From Candidatus Binatia bacterium (GTDB lineage: Bacteria > Desulfobacterota > Binatia > UBA1149 > CAITLU01): 64,000 nt of DNA. Both the position numbers and the translations under genes were made by a program. The notes beneath the pieces were generated by a model. That model was given only the letters and a program-made list of their open reading frames with translations, did no database searches and was not told the DNA's origin. Position 1 is the stretch's first letter, and every line of letters starts with the position of its first letter. This document shows, in pieces, positions 44,867 to 52,264 of this stretch. The DNA lies in the NCBI GenBank assembly GCA_035626675.1, contig DASPNH010000125.1, positions 17,596 to 81,595 on the forward strand, in the 5' to 3' direction.

Positions 44867-45295
44867 ATGGAAAGTCTGCTTGCGGCAGCATTGATCGTCG
44901 TGTTCGGAAGCCTGTCCTGCCTGCACCTTTATTGGGCCGTCGGTGGCCGCAGGGCATGGCACGCAGCCATCCCCGAAGTGGACGGAGACCTGGCTTTCGA
45001 GCCGTCCCGTTTTGCGACACTGACCGTCGCCGCCGTCCTTGCCGCGTGCGCGGGTGTGGTCGCAGCCACCGCAGGGTTCCTGTCGGTGCCGGTGTCCACG
45101 AACCTGCTGCGCTCGCTTGCCGCCGGCCTGGCCGTGATCCTGGCGCTTCGCGCCATCGGCGACTTCAGCCTGTTCGGCATGTTCAAGCAGGTCGAAGGCA
45201 CCTACTTCGCCGAGATGGATTCTCTGGTGTACTCGCCTCTCTGCCTCGTGCTCGCGATCGGCGCGGTCGTGATCGCGATGCCGCCTCTGGCCTGA
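44867..45295 (+). CDS. DUF3995-like membrane protein
   Basis: MESLLAAALIVVFGSLSCLHLYWAVGG... with four TM helices. The N-terminal track extension was rejected. Confidence 0.55.
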   Translation: MESLLAAALIVVFGSLSCLHLYWAVGGRRAWHAAIPEVDGDLAFEPSRFATLTVAAVLAACAGVVAATAGFLSVPVSTNLLRSLAAGLAVILALRAIGDFSLFGMFKQVEGTYFAEMDSLVYSPLCLVLAIGAVVIAMPPLA

Positions 45296-45473
45296 GCGCG
45301 ACTCCACTTCTTCGCTGACAATCGGGCGTGCGCGGCATCGTCGCGCGCATGCAGCGACCGGTTGCTGCCTCGTGCGCTGCGACCGCGGGCCCGGCTCTGT
45401 ACATCGCGGACGGCCGAGCCAGCCCAAAAAACCTGCACTTTCCCTGCGCGGCGCCTTCGGCTACGCACGGCCC

Positions 45474-46274
45474 ATGGCCGTCACCATCTTCGGGATCGTC
45501 AACCTCACCGAAGATTCCTTCTCGGACGGCGGCTGCTATCTCGAGCCCGCTGCCGCAATCGAGCACGCACTGGCGCTGGCGGCCGACGGCGCCGACGTCA
45601 TCGATCTCGGGCCGGCCTCGAGCGCTCCCGAGTCGGCTGACGTCTCGGCACGAACCGAGATCGCCCGCCTGGCTCCGGTCATGGCAGCGCTCGCGCAGCA
45701 TGGCGTCGCGATGAGCGTGGACTCGTGGCGCACTCCGACGCAGCGGTTCGCGCTCGAGCGCGGAGCAGCATGGCTCAACGACATCCGCGGTTTCGAGGAC
45801 GCCGGCTTTCACGCCGAGCTGGCGGCCAGCGGCGCACGCCTCGTCGTCATGCATTCGATCCAGCGCGGCCCTCGCGCCACCCGCGAGCACACCGACCCCG
45901 AGGGCGTGCTGCGGTCTGTCTTCGACTTCTTCGACGAGCGCGTCGCCACGCTGGAGGCAGCGGGAATCGGCCGCGACCGACTGGTGCTGGATCCCGGCAT
46001 GGGACTCTTTCTCGGCGCCGATCCTGCGCCTTCGGTGCTGGTGCTGCGGCGCCTCGCGGACCTGCGCGAGCGTTACGGCTGCGAGGTGATGATCTCGGTT
46101 TCGCGCAAGTCGCTCGTCGGGCGTCTGGCGGGCCGCGCCGTGCATCAGCGTGAAGCGGCTTCGCTGGCCGCCGAGCTCTTCGCCATCGAGCGCGGCGCGA
46201 CGATGATCCGGACGCACGAGCCACGCCTGCTGCGAGACGGGCTGAACGTTCTAACGGCGCTGCAGGGGACCTAG
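45474..46274 (+). CDS. folP: Dihydropteroate synthase of the Sul-like (sulfonamide-resistance-type) clade
   Basis: The N-terminus MAVTIFGIVNLTEDSFSDGG resembles the Sul1 N-terminus MVTVFGILNLTEDSFFDE more closely than the canonical FolP GILNVTPDSFSDGG. Also LVVMHS, LDPGMGLFLGADPAPS and SVSRKS. Confidence 0.8.
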   Translation: MAVTIFGIVNLTEDSFSDGGCYLEPAAAIEHALALAADGADVIDLGPASSAPESADVSARTEIARLAPVMAALAQHGVAMSVDSWRTPTQRFALERGAAWLNDIRGFEDAGFHAELAASGARLVVMHSIQRGPRATREHTDPEGVLRSVFDFFDERVATLEAAGIGRDRLVLDPGMGLFLGADPAPSVLVLRRLADLRERYGCEVMISVSRKSLVGRLAGRAVHQREAASLAAELFAIERGATMIRTHEPRLLRDGLNVLTALQGT

Positions 46275-46289
46275 ACCCACGCAGGGTGA

Positions 46290-49010
46290 ATGATCCTGCG
46301 CCGGCCGCGTCGCGTAATGCAGGAGCGGCCCGGCCGGAGCTGCCCCGAGCGCGCAGTGCCACGCAAGAGTGAACACATCGAGGTGGAGGGCAGGCGCATC
46401 GCCGTCTCCAACCTCGACAAGGTGCTCTATCCCGGCGGCTCCTTTCGCAAGGGCCAGGTCATCGATTTCTACGTCCGCATCTCCCGATGGCTGCTGCCGC
46501 ACCTGAAGGGCCGGCCGGTGACGCTCAAACGTTTTCCCGATGGTGTGACCGGCGAGTTCTTCTACGAGAAGGACGCTCCTGCCTTCACGCCGGAGTGGGT
46601 TTCGGTCTTCCCCGTCGCGCGCCGCCGCGGCGGAGATCCGATCCGCTACGTCGTGATCGAGGATCTTGCCACCCTGGTCTGGTCGGCGAACCTGGCCAAC
46701 CTGGAGATCCACCCGTTCCTGCACCGCATCGACGACGTCGATCGCCCCACGCACGTCGTCTTCGATCTGGATCCTGGTGAGGGCGCCGATGTCCTGACGT
46801 GCGCGCGCGTGGCGTTGCTGCTGCGCGATCTGCTCGCGGAACTGGGTCTTCAATCGTTCGCCAAGGTCTCGGGGTCCAAGGGCATCCAGATCTGCGTGCC
46901 GCTCAACGGCGAGGTCTGGTACGGGCTGACGCGGCCCTTCGCCAAGGCGATCGCGCAGCTCATGCACGCCCGGCATGGCGACCTCGTGGTCTTCGAGATG
47001 GCCAAGACGATGCGCGCCGGCAAGGTCTTCATCGATTGGAGCCAGAACGACGACTACAAGACCACCGTCGCGGTCTACTCGCTGCGTGCAAAGAGCGCGG
47101 TCCCGTACGTCTCGCTGCCGGTGCAGTGGGACGAGCTCGACGACGCGCTCGATGCCGGCGACGGCAAACGTTTGTACTGGACGCCCGAGCGCGCGCTCGC
47201 GCGCCTGGAGCGCGCCGGCGATCTCTTCGAGCCCGTGCGGACGATGCGCCAGGAGCTGCCGGCCGAAGTCGTGCAGGCGGTCGCCAAGCCGCGTGCGCGC
47301 AAGACGTCTGCGGATGCGTTGCTGGTCAAGTACCGCGACAAGCGCGACTTCGGCAAGACGCCCGAACCTTCCTCGGCCGCGGCGCGCGCGAGCAGGCAGG
47401 GCAGCCGCCGGCGATTCGTCGTGCAGAAGCATGCGGCCAGTCATCTCCACTACGATTTCCGCCTCGAGATGCACGGCGTCCTGAAGTCGTGGGCCGTGCC
47501 GAAGGGCCCGCCCTATGCGCTGGACGAAGCGCGCCTGGCACGCGCCACCGAGGACCATCCGCTCGATTACCTCGAATTCGAAGGGATCATTCCCGCCGGG
47601 CAGTACGGCGGCGGCACCGTCATGGTCTGGGACATCGGCAGCTGGCAGCTCATCGAGGGCAACTACTACAAAGGCTTCCTTCACATCCATCTCCAGGGCC
47701 GCAAGCTGCAGGGAGAATGGATCGTGCGTCGCGGCGAGGATCGCGATTCGTGGCGGCTGATCAAGGCAGGTCGCAGCATGGAAGCGCTGACTGCGCAGGA
47801 GGACGACCGCTCCGCCCTCAGCGACCGCACGATGCGCGAGATCGCCGCGGCCGCAGATGCGGTGTGGCACAGCAACAGGTCCTCGTCGCCGAGCGATGAC
47901 GGCGCGCGCAAACCGGCGTCGGGCATGAGCCGAAAGACCAGCGCGGGCGCGGCGCCCGAACGCAAGGCGCTGCCGGATCTGGCGAGCTTGCCGAAGGCGA
48001 AGATCGAGTTTGTGGAGCCGATGCTGGCCAGGCTCGGCGGACGTCTTCCGCGCGGCCAGGGCTGGACCTATGAGCTCAAGCTCGACGGCTATCGTGCGCT
48101 CGCCATGCGTGGCAGGGGGAAGGCGCGCCTGCTTTCGCGCCGCGGAAACGACCTTGGCCGGCAGTTCGAGGCGGTGCACGACGCCGTCCAGGCCCTGCCG
48201 GCGGGCGTCATCGTCGACGGCGAGGTCGTCGCGCTCGACGAGGACGGCTTTCCGTCGTTTGCGGCGTTGCAGAACGCGGGCAACACCGATGTCCCGCTCT
48301 ACTACTTCCTGTTCGACGTGCTGGCCGTCGGTGGTCGCGACGTCCGCAAGCTGCCCTATCGGCAAAGGCGCGAGCTTCTGGAAAGCCGCGTGCTGCCGAG
48401 CCTGAGCGAGCCCGTCCGTCTCTCGGCGACTTTCGACGTCGATGCGGACACCGTTCTGGCAGCTGCGCGCCGCGAAGGGATGGAAGGCATCGTCGCCAAA
48501 CGCACCGACAGCGTCTACGAATCGGGCGAGCGCTCGGGCGCCTGGATCAAGTACAAGACCAATCAGGGTCAGGAGCTGGTGATCGGCGGATTCGTCCCCG
48601 GCCGAAGCGGCTTCGAGTCGCTCTTGGTCGGTTATCACGAAGGCGAGCGTCTGCTGTTCGCAGCCAAGATCCGCAATGGCTTCGTCCCGGCGCTTCGCCG
48701 CAAGGTCGCCGAACGGTTCGCGCCGCTGGCCACGACGAAGTGTCCCTTCGCCAACCTCCCCGAAAAGCCGGGTGCCCGGCGAGGTGAAGCGCTGACCGCC
48801 GAGGTCATGAAGAAGTGCCGCTGGCTGCGACCGGAGCTGGTCGCGATGATCGAGTTCACCGAGTGGACGCGCGGCAACCATCTCCGCCACGCACGCTTCG
48901 CCGGCCTCCGCGACGACAAGAACCCACGCGAAGTCGTCCAGGAGAAAGCGGGGTCAGGTACTGAAAACGCGGAAAAAGGGTCAGGTACTGAAAAAGGGGT
49001 CAGGTACTGA
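46290..49010 (+). CDS. ligD: Multidomain ATP-dependent DNA ligase LigD (polymerase/primase, 3'-phosphoesterase, ligase order)
   Basis: Pol domain RIAVSNLDKVLYP...FPDGVTGEFFYEK. PE domain FVVQKHAASHLHYDFRLE. Ligase KxDG motif YELKLDGYRAL. The last roughly 19 codons are encoded by GGGTCAGGTAC repeat units. Confidence 0.9.
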   Translation: MILRRPRRVMQERPGRSCPERAVPRKSEHIEVEGRRIAVSNLDKVLYPGGSFRKGQVIDFYVRISRWLLPHLKGRPVTLKRFPDGVTGEFFYEKDAPAFTPEWVSVFPVARRRGGDPIRYVVIEDLATLVWSANLANLEIHPFLHRIDDVDRPTHVVFDLDPGEGADVLTCARVALLLRDLLAELGLQSFAKVSGSKGIQICVPLNGEVWYGLTRPFAKAIAQLMHARHGDLVVFEMAKTMRAGKVFIDWSQNDDYKTTVAVYSLRAKSAVPYVSLPVQWDELDDALDAGDGKRLYWTPERALARLERAGDLFEPVRTMRQELPAEVVQAVAKPRARKTSADALLVKYRDKRDFGKTPEPSSAAARASRQGSRRRFVVQKHAASHLHYDFRLEMHGVLKSWAVPKGPPYALDEARLARATEDHPLDYLEFEGIIPAGQYGGGTVMVWDIGSWQLIEGNYYKGFLHIHLQGRKLQGEWIVRRGEDRDSWRLIKAGRSMEALTAQEDDRSALSDRTMREIAAAADAVWHSNRSSSPSDDGARKPASGMSRKTSAGAAPERKALPDLASLPKAKIEFVEPMLARLGGRLPRGQGWTYELKLDGYRALAMRGRGKARLLSRRGNDLGRQFEAVHDAVQALPAGVIVDGEVVALDEDGFPSFAALQNAGNTDVPLYYFLFDVLAVGGRDVRKLPYRQRRELLESRVLPSLSEPVRLSATFDVDADTVLAAARREGMEGIVAKRTDSVYESGERSGAWIKYKTNQGQELVIGGFVPGRSGFESLLVGYHEGERLLFAAKIRNGFVPALRRKVAERFAPLATTKCPFANLPEKPGARRGEALTAEVMKKCRWLRPELVAMIEFTEWTRGNHLRHARFAGLRDDKNPREVVQEKAGSGTENAEKGSGTEKGVRY

Positions 49011-49085
49011 AAACGCGGAAACGGGGTCAGGTACGGAAAGTCGCGGTGCGGCAGCCGCAAACGAGAAAACGGGGTGAGGTAATGA
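48951..49085. repeat. Tandem array of about 5 GGGTCAGGTACTGAAAA(CGCGG) units overlapping the ligD 3' end and the downstream intergenic region
   Basis: Copies at 48951, 48978, 48997, 49024 and a degenerate one at 49071. The ligD stop codon TGA 49008-49010 lies inside a unit. Confidence 0.85.
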
Positions 49086-49135
49086 AAGCCGCGGCGCCGC
49101 AACCGCCCGTTTCGTACGGACCCATTCCTGCGCAA

Positions 49136-50221
49136 TCACCGCAGCTCCCACCGCACCCCGAAGCTGCGCAGAGCATCGAGCATGTCGATGGCCGGCAGCG
49201 CCTTGCCCGTCGTCATGACTCCCGCATCGCGTCCGCGCCCGCGCACCAGCCACGTCGCGGTCATGGCCGCCGTGGCTCCGGACGTCGCATAGACGTCGTT
49301 GCCGCTCATCCGGCAGACGTGCGCGCCGCTCGGCGACTGGCCGTGCACGAACACGATCCAGCCCGCATTGCGATACTCGTCCTGCGGCTGCGGCATCCAC
49401 CGCGCCATCGCGCGCGTCAGCAGGGCCTGCACCCGTGCCGTCATCGCGGGCCGCACCAGCGGCTGAGTGCGCGTCAGCGCGGCCAGCGCGACGGCGGCCG
49501 CGCGCGGCAGCAACACGTGGCAGGTCGCCGACTGCAGGCTGGCGATGTCGAGCGGCAGCGTCACCGCATCCCCGCCCGGAATCGCCACCGCCCACGACGG
49601 CGTGCGCTCCCCGGGGAACATCACCTTCTTCGGCGACCATGACGCCGGCATCGGTGCGAGGCGTCCATCGCGAAACGCGACGAAGCTCTCGCCGAGCATC
49701 GAGAGCGCAGTCTGCGCGGTGCCGCGACTGGGACGGAACGAGTCGGCGAAATGGTAGGAGCTGACCGTCAGCAGCGGACCGCAGCGTTCGTGCAGGAGCG
49801 CCGCGCCGAGGTAGCTGAACGTGTACTCGAAGGCCGCGCCCGTGACGACGGTCGCGCCGGTGCTGACCGCGCGCCGATGCAGGCTCTCGTAGACCTGCAT
49901 CTGGAACGTCTGCTCGCCGGTGGTGTCGACGTAGTGCACGCCCATGTCCACCGCAGCCTTGACCACCGGCATTCCGATGCGCGCGAACGGTCCCGCCGTA
50001 TTGATGATCGCGCGCATGCCGCCCAGCGCATGGGCAACCGAAGCACCGTCGGCAGCGTCCGCGACGCGCACGTCGGGACGCGACGGCAGCGACGCCGCCA
50101 TCTCCTCCAGCGCCACGCGGTTGCGTCCGGCCAGGACGTAGGGCTGCTCGAGCCGCTCCAGCGCAGCAACGACCAGACGGCCCGTGTAGCCGGTGGCGCC
50201 GAGTACCAGCAGTCGATCCAT
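49136..50221 (-). CDS. Saccharopine-dehydrogenase-like NAD(P)-binding oxidoreductase
   Basis: MDRLLVLGATGYTGRLV Rossmann N-terminus. About 360 aa with the saccharopine dehydrogenase NADP-binding domain pattern. ATG 50221 was chosen, and the Arg-rich upstream extension was rejected. Confidence 0.75.
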   Translation of the reverse strand: MDRLLVLGATGYTGRLVVAALERLEQPYVLAGRNRVALEEMAASLPSRPDVRVADAADGASVAHALGGMRAIINTAGPFARIGMPVVKAAVDMGVHYVDTTGEQTFQMQVYESLHRRAVSTGATVVTGAAFEYTFSYLGAALLHERCGPLLTVSSYHFADSFRPSRGTAQTALSMLGESFVAFRDGRLAPMPASWSPKKVMFPGERTPSWAVAIPGGDAVTLPLDIASLQSATCHVLLPRAAAVALAALTRTQPLVRPAMTARVQALLTRAMARWMPQPQDEYRNAGWIVFVHGQSPSGAHVCRMSGNDVYATSGATAAMTATWLVRGRGRDAGVMTTGKALPAIDMLDALRSFGVRWELR

Positions 50222-50253
50222 GAGGGGTTCCGGAACCGCGCAGCGGTGATGCG

Positions 50254-50814
50254 CTAGTGAACGCCCGAGGAGGGAGCCAGCATGGTCGGCGAGATGCCGA
50301 GGCGCCGAAGCGAGGCCTCCCACATCTCTTCGGCCGGCGTCTCGAACAGGAAGTCCGCGCTGACGTCGCTGTTGATCCAGGCCGTTTCGGTAAGCTCTCG
50401 CTGAAGCTGCGACGGGCCCCAGCCGGAGTACCCGAGCAGGAAGCGCAGCCGTCGCGGAGGCTGGGCGGCGAGCACCTTGAGCGCATCGGGAGCCGAGGAC
50501 ATGAACAGGCCCGGAAGCACTTCCTGCGTTCCCTTGCCGTCCAAACCTTCGACCGGCTCGTGCAGGATCCAGCCGGTCTCGGGCTGCACGGGACCGCCCG
50601 ACCAGGCCACGTCCTTTTGCGGGCCCTGCCATTCGACCTCGATCGCCTTGAGAAGCTCCCCGACCGGAACGCGCGTTGGACGATTGATGACGAGGCCGAA
50701 AGAGCCTTCGTGCTGATGCTCGATCATCAGCACGACGGAGCGATGAAAGTTGGGATCGCGTAGCTGCGGCATCGCGATCAGCAGACCCGGTGCGACTCGA
50801 AGCTCGCCTAACAT
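50254..50814 (-). CDS. YqgE/AlgH-family (UPF0301) protein
   Basis: LLIAMPQLRDPNFHRSVVLMIEHQHEGSFGLVINRP...GGPVQPETGWILH is characteristic of the family. Confidence 0.85.
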   Translation of the reverse strand: MLGELRVAPGLLIAMPQLRDPNFHRSVVLMIEHQHEGSFGLVINRPTRVPVGELLKAIEVEWQGPQKDVAWSGGPVQPETGWILHEPVEGLDGKGTQEVLPGLFMSSAPDALKVLAAQPPRRLRFLLGYSGWGPSQLQRELTETAWINSDVSADFLFETPAEEMWEASLRRLGISPTMLAPSSGVH

Positions 50815-50995
50815 GAGGTCTCTGTACTCCCGGAGGTGGCTGTGGGCAAGAGGCGCATTTCCCCCGCGTGCGTTGATTCCCAGGACGCCGGTGCTAGCTC
50901 AGACGCCGGAGCCGCGCGTGGGATTCATGGGCCAACGGGTTGCGCCGATCGAGGCGCAATCCGGCGAGCCCGCATCGATCACGATGGATCGGTGA

Positions 50996-51034
50996 CGGAA
51001 TCGTGAATCGCCCTGGATGGACGATTCCGTACCC
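50996..51034 (+). other. Hairpin element cggaatcgtgaatcgccctggatggacgattccgtaccc in the 5' leader of the F420-dependent oxidoreductase gene; member of the GAATCG..CTGGAT..CGATTC element family
   Basis: Inverted arms cggaatcgt/acgattccg. Related copies at 5320-5380 and 56936-56955. Confidence 0.6.
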
Positions 51035-51065
51035 GATCTCTTCCGAAAAGCGCAGGAGCGATCGC

Positions 51066-52037
51066 ATGGAATACGGTGTTCTCGTACCGCAGGGGTGGCG
51101 ACTCGATCTTACGGGCGTGCAGGGCGACGCCGAAAAGTGGCAGACGTGTGACCGCGTCATCCGCGGCCTCGACCAGGCCGGCTGGGAGTCACTGTGGGTC
51201 TTCGATCATTTCCACACCTTTCCGCGCAAGCAGGTCGAGGCCACGTTCGAAGCATGGACGATGATGGCCAACATGGCCGCCATCACCTCGCGTGCGCGCA
51301 TCGGGCAACTGGTCACCTGCAACGAGTACCGGCATCCCGCGTACCTGGCCAAGATCGCCGCCTGCGTCGACGTCATGAGCGGTGGACGCGTGGATCTCGG
51401 CATCGGCGCCGGCTGGTTCGCCGAGGAGTTCGAGGCCTTCGGTTACGACTTCCGCACCATCGGCGCACGGCTGAAGAGGCTCGGCGAGGCGCTCGAGATC
51501 ATTCGCCGTCTGTGGGGCCCCGAAGAGTCGGTGACGTTCGAGGGCAAGCACTTCCGGCTCGTCGACGCGATCTGCCAGCCGCGCCCGCTGCAGAGCCCGC
51601 GCATTCCCATCGTCATCGGCGGCCGCGGCGAGAAGGTGCTGCTGCGCCTGGTCGCCCGGTACGCCGACGTCTGGAACTACAACGGCGCGCAGGACGAGTT
51701 CCCCCGCTACAAGAGGATCCTGCAGGAGCACTGCCTGGCGGTCGGGCGCGACTTCGACGAGATCAGGATCACTGCCATGTCGGGCGGGATCGCCTTCGAC
51801 GACGACGCCGAGAAGGAGCGCTTTTTCGGCCGCATCCAGCACCAGGGTTTCCATCCCGAAAGCCTGCTCGGCTTCGTGGCCTGCCACGGCAAGCGCGAGC
51901 GCTGTGCCGAGTTCCTGTCGGGCTGGAAGAACATGGGCGTGCACGGGATCGTGTTCTTCTTCAACGACATTGCCAGCTTCGGGGCCGGCGATTCGCAGGC
52001 CGAGATCTTCCGCAGGGACATCCTGCCGCAGGTCTAG
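51066..52037 (+). CDS. LLM-class (luciferase-like) F420-dependent oxidoreductase
   Basis: MEYGVLVPQGWRLDL...SLWVFDHFHTFP...PAYLAKIAACVDVMSGGRVDLGIGAGW are hallmark motifs of the probable F420-dependent LLM subfamily. AGGAG RBS. Confidence 0.8.
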   Translation: MEYGVLVPQGWRLDLTGVQGDAEKWQTCDRVIRGLDQAGWESLWVFDHFHTFPRKQVEATFEAWTMMANMAAITSRARIGQLVTCNEYRHPAYLAKIAACVDVMSGGRVDLGIGAGWFAEEFEAFGYDFRTIGARLKRLGEALEIIRRLWGPEESVTFEGKHFRLVDAICQPRPLQSPRIPIVIGGRGEKVLLRLVARYADVWNYNGAQDEFPRYKRILQEHCLAVGRDFDEIRITAMSGGIAFDDDAEKERFFGRIQHQGFHPESLLGFVACHGKRERCAEFLSGWKNMGVHGIVFFFNDIASFGAGDSQAEIFRRDILPQV

Positions 52038-52264
52038 ACGCCCTGCGTCTCAGATTGATACGGGCCGGCGCGGCAGGCCGCGGCCGGCAGCCGTGAAAAC
52101 AGCGCACAACGCCGCGCGGTGCCGCGCAAAACAGTAGTTTCGAGGCAGCCGGATCGATAGACTTCGGCCGTGATCTCCCGTGCCTGCCACGCCGACTCCG
52201 CGCGCGCGCCTGCTGGCGCGAGCGCCAGCCGTACGGCTTTCGCCGTGCGCCGCTAGGCCGACGC

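Noticed and set aside
46255-46295. Apparent one-base offset between my hand count of the printed sequence and the ORF-track coordinates at the folP stop and ligD start
   Set aside because: Most likely my counting error in this line. The track coordinates were used, and all other checked start codons (17 genes) agreed with the printed coordinates.
46251-48890. 879-aa - strand ORF antisense to ligD
   Set aside because: Antisense shadow of a clearly motif-bearing gene (KxDG ligase, PE and Pol motifs on the + strand).
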